The position numbers and the translations under genes were made by a program. Below are positions 24,916 to 40,323 of a stretch of 64,000 nucleotides of DNA, piece after piece; position 1 is the stretch's first letter; each line of letters starts with the position of its first letter. Source of the DNA: the human T2T-CHM13v2.0 reference genome, Homo sapiens; NCBI RefSeq assembly GCF_009914755.1, contig NC_060932.1; one strand, 5' to 3'. Below the pieces are notes generated by a model, which worked only from the letters and a program-made list of their open reading frames with translations, was not told the DNA's origin and did no database searches.

Positions 24916-25250
24916 GGCCTTGGTTAACGGTGATGACTGGCAGGGCCTTGGTTAACGGTGATGACTGACGGGGACTTGGTTAACGGTGACGACTGGCAGG
25001 GCCTTGTTTAACGGTGATGACTGGCAGGGCTTTGGTTAACGGTGATGACTGGCGGGGCCTTGGTTAACGTTGATGACTGGCGGGGCCTTGGTTGACGGTG
25101 ATGACTGGCGGGGCCTTGGTTGACGGTGATGACTGGCGGGGCCTTGGTTGACGGTGATGACTGGCGGGGCCTTGGTTGACGGTGATGACTGGCGGGGCCT
25201 TGGTTGACGGTGATGACTGGCGGGGCCTTGGTTGACGGTGATGACTGGCA
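24916..25250. repeat. Minisatellite, 28-bp unit, ~12 copies
   Basis: ggccttggtt(a/g)acggtgatgactggc(a/g)g; 28-bp period at 25086/25114. Confidence 0.97.
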
Positions 25251-25680
25251 GGTGTCTGCTGTATTCAGGAGTGTGCAAGTGGTTGTTTATTGGAAATCAG
25301 TTCGAGGGGTCCCCGCACCCATGTTGGGGCTGCATCTGCCACTGTTGAGTTGGCCTTTGGTGAGGATGCCAGTGATGGACCTGGCTGTGGGAATCTTCTA
25401 ACAACAAACCCTTTCTGGGCCCCTGCATCAGGTGGCATCACAAGAACACAAAGCGCTTGCTTGTGGGACACAGGATTGCTCGGCCGGCTCGTCTTCACGC
25501 ATGAATCACCACAGCGAGATGTGTGCACGTTTCCTTCATGCCAAGGCAGAGGGAGCCATGGGGGTACCACGTGTTAGGGTGAGGGGTTGCTGGTGATGGA
25601 TGATTCAGGAGCAAGAACAGCATCCAGCCCCGGCCACAGTGGAGCCTCAGACAAGGTGGCTGGAGAGGGGCGTGCACTGG

Positions 25681-25854
25681 ATAGTGGAGGGAGGGTTGAC
25701 GCCAGCCCAGTAAAAAGAGCTCAGGAGTGGGTTCCAGCCGCAGGATCAGCACAGCCATGTTACATCACCAAATAGTGGAGGGAGGGTTGATGCCAGCCAT
25801 GTAAAGAGAGCCTGGGAGAGGGTTCCAGCCACAGGACCAGCACAGTCATGTTAC
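25681..25854. repeat. Two-copy duplication, 91-bp period
   Basis: atagtggagggagggttga(c/t)gccagcc..gggttccagcc..cagcacag(c/t)catgttac at 25681 and 25772. Confidence 0.85.
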
Positions 25855-26996
25855 GGAAATCCCTTTGGTGACAAGAAGTCACGGCACGTGTGGGCCAGAG
25901 CAGATGCCTTAGGGGTGGGCGTGTAAAACCACGAGCATCTTCAGAGGGACTTGAACTCTTGACTTAATTGATCCTGAACACGATCAATAACAGAGGCCCG
26001 AATGGTTTCTAGCCTGGCCGAGGCGTTTGCTGACTCTGTCTCATTTAATCCTTGGGCTGCTCCAGGAAATCGCCGCCTGCAACCCCGCTTGGCAGAGGAA
26101 GAAGCTGTCGCTCCCTGGGCTGGTGGGCTGCACTGAGGGGTTGGGGTCCCGGGGCCCAGGGCTGCCACCTCCTTCCCCAGTTTGCTCCTGTGCCCGAGGC
26201 TTGTCAGCGAGGCAGCCCCGGGACCACTCGCACCTGCTGTTGGGTTAATTACCCTTAATTAGGTTGCATCCCTCACCAGAGAGCAGGAAGTGGAGTGTGC
26301 TTCCTCCATCTGCAGGGCCTCTGAAGAGCACCGGCAGCTTCCTTCTTAGCAGAGGAGAAAATCTCTGCCATCTCGTGCTCGCCTACCTCGACTCGCCAGA
26401 CGCCCTGGAGCAGAGGAGGAGCAGTGGTCGGCAGCGGCCAGCCGTGCAGGTGCCACACCTGATGGTCCACCTGGGAGAACCAGGCAGGAAGCCGGAAAGG
26501 TGCGGTCTCATGACATGAGGATGTGTTGAAGGAGGCCCACGGGTGCCCCGAATCCCAGTGTACAGGCTCATACTTTATCCTGAGATTTCGGAGTGATGAT
26601 GTGTCATTGATTTACCTTCTTAACGCCACCTTTTCATATGTGATCCATTCTACAGAGAAAAAGTTCTTAAAAATTACAACCGTGGTGCCTGAAAATGAAA
26701 AGTATTCTGAAAGTGAAGACTCTACCACAGTTGTGATTAGTTAGGGCTGTGGAACTGTAGGGGTCTCATGTTGTGGGGATTAACCTTGTTCTGCCTGAAG
26801 GAGGAGATAGTGCTGGGAACAGGTTCCCCGCATTCTCACCAGCACCTGTGACTTTTGTCCTTTGATGAGAACAGTCACCCTAACATGGTTCTGGTCCGTG
26901 TTTCTCTGATGGTGGGAGATGCAGGGAGGGGGTAGCCATGCTGAGCGGGGGTCTGTGCCTGAGTGACAAGGTAGGAGCTTCCTGCCGGTGCACTAT

Positions 26997-28237
26997 CTAC
27001 TGAAGGGAGCCATTCTAGGAGGGTTTTCTATTGAAGGGAGCCATTCTAGGGTTTTTTTTTTTTTACTGAAGGGAGCCATTCTAGGAGGGTTTTCTACTGA
27101 AGGGGGCCATTCTAGGATGGTTTTCTACTGAAGGGGGCCGTTCTAAGAGGGTTTTCTACTTAAGGGGGCCATTCTAGGAGGGTTTTCTACTGAAGGGGGT
27201 CATTCTAGGAGGGTTTTCTACTGAGAGGAGCCATTCTAGGAGGGTTTTCTACTGAAGGGGGCCATTCTAGGAGGGTTTTCTACTGAGGGGGACCATTCTA
27301 GGAGGGTTTTCTATTGAAGGGGGGCCATTCTAGGAGGGTTTTCTATTGAAGGAGGCCATTCTAGGAGTGTTTTCTATTGAAGGGAACCATTCTAGGAGGG
27401 TTTTCTATTGAAGGAGGCCATTCTAGGAGGTTTTCTACTGAAGGGAGCCATTCTAGGAGGATTTTGTATTGAAGGGAGCCATTCCAGGAGGGTTTTCTAT
27501 TGAGGGGAGCCATTCTAGGAGGGTTTTGTATTGAAGGGAGCCATTCCAGGAGGGTTTTCTATTGAGGGGAGCCATTCTAGGAGGGTTTTCTATTGAAGGA
27601 GGCCATTCTAGGAGGTTTTCTACTGAAGGGAGCCATTCTAGGAGGATTTTGTATTGAAGGGAACCATTCTAGGAGGGTTTTCTATTGAAGGAGGGCATTC
27701 TAGGAGGGTTTTCTACTGAAGGAGGCCATTCTAGAAGGGTTTTCTATTGAGGGGGAGCCATTCCAGTAGGGTTTTCTATTGAGGGGAGCCATTCTAGGAG
27801 GGTTTTCTATTGAGGGGAGCCATTCTAGGAGGGTTTTCTATTGAAGGGAGCCACTCTAGGACGGTTTTCTACTGAAGGAGGCCATTCAAGGAGGGTTTTC
27901 TATTGAAGGGAGCCATTCTAGGACGGTTTTCTACTGAAGGAGGCCATTCTAGGAGGGTTTTCTATTGAAGGGAGCCATTCTAGGAGGGTTTTCTACTGAA
28001 GGGGGCCATTCTAGGAGGGTTTTCTGCTGAAGGAAGCCATTCTAGGAGGGTTTTCTATTGAAGGGAGCCATTCTAGGATGGTTTTCTATTGAAGGGAGCC
28101 ATTCTAGGAGGGTTTTCTACTGAAGGAGGCCATTCTAGGAGGGTTTTCTATTGAAGAGAGCCATTCTAGGAGGGTTTTCTATTGAAGGGAGCCATTCTAG
28201 GAGGGTTTTCTATTGAAGGGAGCCATTCTAGGAGGGT
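26997..28237. repeat. Minisatellite, 31-bp unit, ~40 copies
   Basis: ta(c/t)tgaagggagccattctaggagggttttc; one copy has a poly-T expansion at ~27052-27064. Confidence 0.98.
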
Positions 28238-28599
28238 GAGGTGCTTGTCACTTACTTGTGAGTGACACCTGTGATGAACTGTGTTCAAAAGCAAATTATC
28301 AGATGAGAATAGAACCATTTGGACTCTGTAGAGGATAAGACTCTAAGGGTTCTAGGAGCAGGATTGCTTCAACATCTCAGTCGTATTTTCTTCTGGGAAG
28401 AGTCTTGCCAGATAAGCAGAGTGAGAGAGTCTATTAAACCGCACCTGTATACAGCATCTAGCAGGCAGCAGTGAGTGTACTGACAATGCATTTCCCATTC
28501 TAACAAAATGTGACTTTTGTGTGAGTTGCTCACCTGCGGGCGGTATCACACACGCATCAAAATAAAAATCAGTGGGGGTACTTAAAGCACCACAAAGTG

Positions 28600-28720
28600 G
28601 AGAGAGCAGAGGCTTTGCAGTGCACTGGTTCTGTGACTTTGCTCCAAGACTTGGTTTTCTCATCTGTAAAATGGAGACAATAGCTCACAGAGAGGCTGGA
28701 GGTGAGGGTGACTGAGTGCT
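28600..28720 (+). mobile_element. MIR fragment
   Basis: Contains the MIR core ggttttctcatctgtaaaatggagacaata. Confidence 0.65.
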
Positions 28721-29861
28721 TTCTAGATACTCATCACCACTCCAGGGCTGGGAGGCTGGGCTGGCACAGACCCCTTGCTGTTGCTGAGCCCCCGCACCCG
28801 GGCCTGCCTAGGCCTCAGATCCACTCACACAGAGGTCAGCGAAGGCTTCCAGAGGCGTCCAAAGGAAGCGTCTGTGCACCAGGTAGATCCTTGTCCTGTG
28901 TGGGTCTCATTTGGCCTGAGAAAAAGCCACAGCTCTTCACAGGGAGAGCCAGGGCCCCTCGCGTGGGAAGCTCGTGTGCTGTTATTTTCCAGCGGAATTC
29001 CAGGGTGGAAACACGGAGGCAGCTGACTATCGAGAATCCTAGGAGAATGGGCTTTCTGTGTGACGTGTGCCTGGAAGGGCTTCCTGAGGCTTTATTTCCC
29101 CTGCTCTTCCCTGCTCTGTCCCAGCAGAGCTGTTTTTGTAAAGCACACATAGTATTTGCCATTCGTCACATTTATTATGCCAGGGACTCTGTTCTCCATC
29201 CCCCTCTGTGAGTTACGGCCCATCCTATGCTGTGTTTCCACACCCATGTTGCATTTGGCAGGAGCCTTCCTGACACCGAACCACCCTAAGCTGACAAATG
29301 TCTATAGCTCGGGGAGCACGAGAGGGAGCTCACGAGATGGCAGACAGACCAGGATGTGCACAGAACGTAACCCTGGGTTGTGGACTCAGCTTTCCTTCCT
29401 GAAGCGCCTGAAGCAAATAGAGAATAGTCGTAGTTGAGCCTGAGTTTCCAGAGGGGCAGAAAACCAACTTGCGTGTTTTCTTTTTATTGTTGCTTTTTTG
29501 AAAAAATGGTCCTAATTTCAGCTTGTTTTTCCAACCATGTGAAAGGATGGACTGGACGCTGCGCAGAAGTGGAGATCTTAGGTAAGAAGAAAGGATAGGA
29601 AGGTTGATGGGAAATGAATTGGCTGTCACTGTCCTTCCTGTCCAGATGCATTTGGAGGCTTTCTGGAGAATGGTTTCCAAACTCAGTATGTGCTGAATGT
29701 TTCCCCAATCTATGGGGAAATGAAAAGAAGACAGTGCAGTCAATTTCTGAAAGTTAACCACTTTCAGCATTAATAGAACAAACGAAACCCTGGGAGCAGC
29801 CTTCATGCTTGTTTGACGTTGCAGGGCGGCCTGTGATTGAAGCCGTCATGTAAGATGATGC

Positions 29862-32000
29862 TGTGAGATGTGAGTGAGTGCACGTGCCTGTGATGTGCGC
29901 TGGGTCTGTGAAGTGTGCACGTGCCTGTGACGTGTGCTGGGTCTGTGAGGTGTGAATGTGTCTATGAGGTGTGCATGTGCCTATGAAGTGTGCTGGGTCT
30001 GTGAGGTGTGCACGGGTCTGTGAGATGTGCATGGGTCTGTGAGGTGTGCACGTGCCTATGATGTGTGCACGTGCCTATGAAGTGTGCTGGGTCTGTGAGG
30101 TGTGCACGGGTCTGTGAGGTGTGCATGGGTCTGTGAGGTGTGCACGTGCCTATAATGTGTGCACGTGCCTATGAAGTGTGCTGGGTCTGTGAGGTGTGCA
30201 CGTGCCTATGAAGTGTGCTGGGTCTGTGAGGTGTGAATGTGTCTATGAGGTGTGCATGTGCCTATGAAGTGTGCTGGGTCTGTGAGGTGTGCACGGGTCT
30301 GTGAGATGTGCATGGGTCTGTGAGGTGTGCACGTGCCTATGAAGTGTGCTGGATCTGTGAGGTGTGCATAGGTCTGTGACGTGCTGGGTCTGTGAGGTGT
30401 GTACGGGTCTGTGAGGTGTGCACATGCCTATGAAGTGTGCTGGGTCTGTGAGGTGTGAATGTGTCTATGAGGTGTGCATGTGCCTATGAAGTGTGCTGGG
30501 TCTGTGAGGTGTGCACGGGTCTGTGAGGTGTGCACGTGCCTATGAAGTGTGCTGGATCTGTGAGGTGTGCACGGGTCTGTGAGGTGTGCATGGGTCTGTG
30601 AGGTGTGCACGTGCCTGTGAAGTGTGCTGGATCTGTGAGGTGTGCACGGGTCTGTGAGGTGTGCATGGGTCTGTGAGGTGTGCACGTGCCTGTGAAGTGT
30701 GCTGGATCTGTGAGGTGTGCACGGGTCTGTGAGGTGTGCATGGGTCTGTGAGGTGTGCACGTGCCTATGAAGTGTGCTGGATCTGTGAGGTGTGCACGGG
30801 TCTGTGAGGTGTGCATGGGTCTGTGAGGTGTGCACGTGCCTATGAAGTGTGCTGGATCTGTGAGGTGTGCATAGGTCTGTGACGTGCTGGGTCTGTGAGG
30901 TGTGTACGGGTCTGTGAGGTGTGCATGGGTCTGTGACATGTGCTGGGTCTGTGAGGTGTGCACGGGTCTGTGAGGTGTGCACGTGCCTATGAAGTGTGCT
31001 GGGTCTGTGATGTGTGCACAGGTCTGTGAGGTGTGCACGGGTCTGTGAGGTGTGCATGGGTCTGTGAGGTGTGCACGTGCCTATGAAGTGTGCTGGATCT
31101 GTGAGGTGTGCATAGGTCTGTGACGTGCTGGGTCTGTGAGGTGTGTACGGGTCTGTGAGGTGTGCATGGGTCTGTGACATGTGCTGGGTCTGTGAGGTGT
31201 GCACGGGTCTGTGAGGTGTGCACGTGCCTATGAAGTGTGCTGGGTCTGTGATGTGTGCACAGGTCTGTGAGGTGTGCACGGGTCTGTGAGGTGTGCATGG
31301 GTCTGTGAGGTGTGCACGTGCCTATGAAGTGTGCTGGATCTGTGAGGTGTGCATAGGTCTGTGACGTGCTGGGTCTGTGAGGTGTGTACGGGTCTGTGAG
31401 GTGTGCATGGGTCTGTGACATGTGCTGGGTCTGTGAGGTGTGCACGTGCCTATGAAGTGTGCTGGGTCTGTGATGTGTGCACAGGTCTGTGAGGTGTGCA
31501 CGGGTCTGTGAGGTGTGCATGGGTCTGTGAGGTGTGCACGTGCCTGTGATGTGTACTGTATCTGTGAGGTGTGCACGGGTCTGTGAGGTGTGCATGGGTC
31601 TGTGACATGTGCTGGATCTGTGAGGTGTGCATGGGTCTGTGACGTGTGCTGGATCTGTGAGGTGTGCACGGGTCTGTGACATGTGCTGGATCTGTGAGGT
31701 GTGCACGGGTCTGTGACATGTGCTGGGTCTGTGAGGTGTGCACGGGTCTGTGACATGTGCTGGGTCTGGGTCTGTGACGTGTGCATGTGCTTATGGAGTA
31801 TGCTGGATCTGTGAGGTGTGCATGGGTCTGAGAGGTGTGCATGGGTCTGTGACACGTGCTGGGTCTGTGGGGTGTGCATGGGTCTGTGACATGTGCTCGG
31901 TCTGTGATGTGTGCACGTGCCTGTGAAGTGTGCTGGGTCTGTGAGGTGTGCATAGGGTGGGTGAGGTGTGCACGTGCCTGTGAAGTGTGCATGGGTCTTC
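29862..32000. repeat. Complex GT-rich minisatellite of 18- and 19-bp modules with 75-bp and 241-bp higher-order periods
   Basis: Modules gggtctgtgaggtgtgca(c/t) and gtgcct(a/g)tgaagtgtgct. 75-bp period at 30544/30619/30694/30769/30844; 241-bp period at 30870/31111/31352. Confidence 0.97.
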
Positions 32001-32714
32001 AGTGTGTCTGCATCTGGCATGTGAGAGATCCAGCAGTGCCATACTGTCCCTGAAATTAGGGGAAAACAATGAGAAACCCAAACATCTGCAAGTAACTGCT
32101 TTCCATTTTCAGGGAAGATTTATAGCCTTTTTTTTTTTTTTTTTTGAGAGACATTGAGTGTCCCGCAGCCCTGCAGTGGCACTGTTTTTACAGACCCTCT
32201 CTCTCACATACAGCTTTCTATATTCACCCTGCACAGCCCTGACCCCCGGGACCCCACACACCCTCTGTGCCTGGTGCAGGGCTCAGCTACCCCTGTCTGT
32301 AGGGCCCTTCCCTGTGGATGGTGCTTTTGGGGGTTTGGGGTCAGGGAGTGTGAGGGTTGGTTCCTTGGCTGGGTAAGTCAGATGCATCTGCCAGCCGAAG
32401 GTCACACGTGGGTTTGAGCAGCCTCTCCTTGTGCTTGCTGGAACACATGCTCCACACCCGTGTGCCACCTGCACGCCACAGTGCCCAACTCCGGGGCTGC
32501 TTTCTGCCCGGGCCTTCCTCCGCCTTACCAAGCCCAGAACATCACTGATGGCAGGGCTGGAAATGCAAAGATGGCCAAGCTACAGAAAATAAATTAAATA
32601 CAAAGAAAACATGGAGAGAGGTGGCTTAGTGTCCGACTTGCCTAGTTTCCTGTTGGCGCTCCCAGAGTGATGGCAGAAATCGTCTTCCCTCAGCTCCCGG
32701 AAGACCCAGCACTG

Positions 32715-32803
32715 TGTGTGCTGAAGGCTGTGGATTTTCAGGCCAGACTCCCTGGGTTCACGTTCCAGTCCCCATTTTCTGTGTGACCTTGGGCGTGTTT
32801 CTT
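32715..32803 (+). mobile_element. MIR 5' part, split by an L1 insertion
   Basis: gtggattttcaggccagactccctgggttc..ccagtcccc..ctgtgtgaccttgggc; continues at 36845. Confidence 0.75.
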
Positions 32804-36844
<4,041 letters not shown>

Positions 36845-36995
36845 TGGGCATGTTTCTTAACCACGGGGAATAACTTTTCATCTGAAAATTGGAGTAGTAA
36901 TAACTACTTTATAAAAATATTGCGAAGATTCTGAGTTTGTGTATGTAAAGTGCCTAAGACAGTGCCTACCACACCATAGATGCTGTAGAAATTTA
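36845..36995 (+). mobile_element. MIR 3' part (continuation after the L1)
   Basis: ttcttaacc..ttttcatctgaaaattggag..tatgtaaagtgcctaagacagtgcct. Confidence 0.75.
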
Positions 36996-37769
36996 AATGA
37001 TCTAAATACAGTGGTGGCATCTTTAGGGATCCTTCTTGTAGGCAGTGGTAAAATCAAACAATTCAGAGGACGGAGGTGTAGCTGTGAAGTGTCTGTGCTG
37101 CCAGGGATCCCCAGTGCTGAGACCACTGGCTATGTAGAGTTACAGCTGGTGCTTTGGCATGAGAATTCACATCAGCGGTCAGCCACACTCATTTTAAGGC
37201 ACAAATGACAGTTTTCGAATTTGTTGAGATGATCTCATTTGGGCTCTTCTTCTAGTCAGTCATTTATCCCTGCCACACACAGGGGACTGTGCCAGGTGTA
37301 TGGAACGTTGTTGTCCTTTGCTCAGTGATGGGACATAATGGGCCTGGAATCTTCTAGAAGGCATGAGAGCATCACTCATAGACATCAGTGCCCAGGAAAC
37401 GATCCCAGCAGACAGCACCGTGGGAGCCATTCACTCCGTCAGACGTGGCCAGTGACAGTCACTTGGGAGGACTTTCCAGGGGTTCTTGGAAAGCTGGGGG
37501 TGTGGGCCTGGTGGGTGTCTGTGGTTTTGGAGATCTTGGCCTTGATGCGGTACGCAATCCCATCCCCATGGGGTGCGCAGGCGTCAGCTGGGGACACCCG
37601 CACTGGCCTTCCGTGTGAGAAGGGAGCAGGCCCTCCCCGTTCATCTGGGTCCTGACATGCTCTTGGGTTTTCTGTATTGTCAAGTGACTAAGGGTTACCG
37701 ACCACCCTCCAAAGCACCAGCTGTGTCTCAGCCACAGCCTGGACGAAGAGTGAGCGGTTGATGCCCGGA

Positions 37770-37945
37770 AGACTTGGGGTCAGAAAACCTGGGTTTGGAT
37801 TTAAATTCTACAATTTGGTGCTAGATAACCTTACAAGAGGCATTGAGGGTTTTCTTATTTCTTCAGTTTCTTTATCTGTAAAGTGGGGGTGACAATATTC
37901 ACCTCACATTGAGAATGGGGCAGATAATATATTTGAAAATATCCA
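37770..37945 (+). mobile_element. MIR fragment; its tail probably resumes after the AluJ at ~38240-38300
   Basis: ggggtcagaaaacctgggtttg..cttcagtttctttatctgtaaagtgggg..cacctcaca. Confidence 0.65.
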
Positions 37946-37950
37946 GTAAT

Positions 37951-38236
37951 TACAATCCCTGCACTTAGGGAGGCCAATGTGAGTGAATTGCCTGACCCCA
38001 GGCATTTGAGACCAGCCTGGGCAACTTGGCAAAACCCCATCTCTACAAAAAAATAAAAACAGTTAGCCACACGTGGTGGCATGCCTGTAGTCCCAGCTAA
38101 CTCAGGAGGCTCTCAGAGGTGGAAGGATTGCCTGAGTTCAGGAGGTCAAGGCTACAGTGAGCTGTGATTGTGCCACTGCACTCCAGCCTAGGTGACAGGG
38201 CAAAACCCTGTCTCAAAAAAAAGAGAAAAAAAAAGA
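37951..38236 (+). mobile_element. AluJ, slightly 5'-truncated
   Basis: gagaccagcctgggcaac..ggattgcctgagttcaggaggtcaaggctacagtgagctgtgattgtgccactgcactccagcct (J-type) followed by an A tail. Confidence 0.92.
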
Positions 38237-38540
38237 GAATATTCATTACTGTATCTGGAACACGAAGAACTGAATAAAAATTAGTTGACTCTGAGTCTGA
38301 ACACAGTTGATGGGAAGACAGAAACCAAAGCAAAACCTCTTCCGCAGCCAACAGCTACTGGCTTCCTCTGCGGAAGGGAGATCCCAGGATCGCTTCTGCC
38401 AAAAGAAAGCTGAAAAATAAACCCGATGTGCAGTCCTCAGATGAACCCTGTGCTTCTCTGCAGGATCCCAAAGCTTTATGGGTTTTTAAAATTTGCTACA
38501 GCAATTTCATCTCCTTGGGACCCAGCATCAAGAAGAGGTT

Positions 38541-38608
38541 TTGGAAAACCCAACACCGTCTCTTTGACCTGTCTTGGAAAACCCAACACCGTCTGTTTGA
38601 CCTGTCTT
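38541..38608. repeat. Two-copy duplication, 33 bp
   Basis: ttggaaaacccaacaccgtct(c/g)tttgacctgtc at 38541 and 38574. Confidence 0.9.
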
Positions 38609-38838
38609 CTTGAGGTGAGCCTGTGGACAAAGCACAGTGCCGAGCTAGTGCCTCGGGGCTGTGCCCTCTCTGAGGCTGATGGCACAACCCTGGGCAGGTG
38701 TGCAGACAGATCCCACCACTCAGAGGTGCCACACTGGGGACGCCACGCTGGGGATGCGGTGACGATGCACGGTCTTCTTTGAGCCAAGAAATTGAAGCCA
38801 AAGGTTAGAAATGTGTAGTGGGTTATGGGTGATCAAGT

Positions 38839-39078
38839 GTCAGATTCAGAGAGAAGAAACAGGCTCACGGTGGGAAGATGCTTAGAAATGAGGACTGAGG
38901 GTGGGGTGGACGCTGTGTAGGACAAGCCTGAACCAAGACGGCCTTTTCATTCCTGACCGTCAGATTCAGAGAGAAGAAACAGGCTCATGGTGGGAAGATG
39001 CTTAGAAATCAGGACTGAGGGTGGGATGGACGCTGAGTAGAGCAAGTCTGAACTGAGATGGCCTTTTCATTCTTACCC
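38839..39078. repeat. Two-copy duplication, 120 bp
   Basis: gtcagattcagagagaagaaacaggctca(c/t)ggtgggaagatgcttagaaat..gccttttcattc at 38839 and 38959. Confidence 0.92.
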
Positions 39079-39499
39079 TGTGGTTGCCGGAGTGAGGGGA
39101 GGGCAGTAGAGAGGAGGGGGAGGCGGCTGTTCTCCAGACCAGGACTCTTTGTAAGACACCCCCAGGGGGCTCCCCCAGGAGAGCAGGCACACAGAATCAC
39201 CTGCGCATTCTTGACACTCACTTGGGCTCAGAGCCTCCCCCTTTCACAGTGGGCAGCACTGGTTCACAGTTAGGCTTTTGAAAGTTTTTTTTTTTCCTTT
39301 AAGAAAATCAGACAAAAGTATCAGCAATTCAAACATGGAAAAAGCATTTTAAAATAAAAGTTAATGAGTAGATACCGTTTTCCAGATGGAATAGTTCCAA
39401 TGAAATTATAAAGCAAATTCGTTAATATTGATATGCTTTCAAAAGTTGTATAGATTCATTTGGTCTTAAGTGGTTTTGACCTGAATGCTGTACCTCAGC

Positions 39500-40323
39500 T
39501 CCCAAAAGCATTGCATGTCAGTTGACAGAGGAGCGGGCGGAGTGGGGAAATTAACCGCAGTTCAGAAAGTGCTTTAATGGCTTTTTCTAAAATGCATTCA
39601 TTACACTTTAAATAGGCCATGTCTGGAGATTCTGAAGTCCCTTATGTAAGTAGGATGTGAGCTCGGGGGAACTTCTTCAGCTTCACTCTGGTGCTGATTC
39701 CAGCATCTGCAGCTCTTGACCCCGTAGTGTGTGAGCAGAGACTGAGAAACTTTCGAAACTGCATTACATTGTCTTTGTTCAGTTCCTTACGTGACTGAGG
39801 ACAGTGAAAAGAGCCCACCTGGTGTAAAGTGCTCATTTTAGCTGCCAAGAAAAGCCTAATTTATTTTCAGGGCAAAACTTCTGCACTGGGACAAATGTCT
39901 TCATTATAATCCAAAAGCAGCATCAGGAAAAGAAGCTAAACTGTGCGAATAGAAATGAATGGGGCTGCTGCTGCTGCTGCTGCTTTCTTTTTAATCAGTA
40001 GAAATGGAATTCTGCCTCCCAAACAGAAGTCTAGGAGGAACTGCAGACGGCCCCTGTACTGAGGGCATTTTGTCAGTGCTTAGAGCAACCTTCAAGATCA
40101 TGACACTCTGCTATGAGGACCGAAAGAACTTGGAGATAAATATACATGTACTATGTGGTGGGACCGTTTTTGAATCTGAACTAAATTAAATGATGGAAAA
40201 CGACCTTGGGTGAGTTCTTCATGGCTGTACTTCCTGGAATGATACAATTTTTCAAAATAATTTGTTTCCTCGAAATGACACCAACACCTATAGTTAAGTT
40301 TAAATTTATGGGACTAGGTGAGT
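39500..40323 (+). promoter_or_regulatory. Candidate alternative promoter / first exon (or cassette exon) of a plus-strand host gene
   Basis: No recognisable repeat in this block. GC box GGGCGG 39535-40, TTATGTAA 39642-49, (GCT)7 39964-84, acceptor-like ctaatttattttcag|G at 39870. Two GTGAGT donors at 40210 and 40318, each just after an ATG; the second is ATG GGA CTA G|GTGAGT. Confidence 0.45.
39964..39984. repeat. (GCT)7 trinucleotide repeat
   Basis: gctgctgctgctgctgctgct. Confidence 0.95.

Noticed and set aside
29754-32081. His/Thr-rich ORFs on minus (MHTSQT.. repeats)
   Set aside because: They are translations of the GT-rich repeat in multiple frames, with frequent stops.
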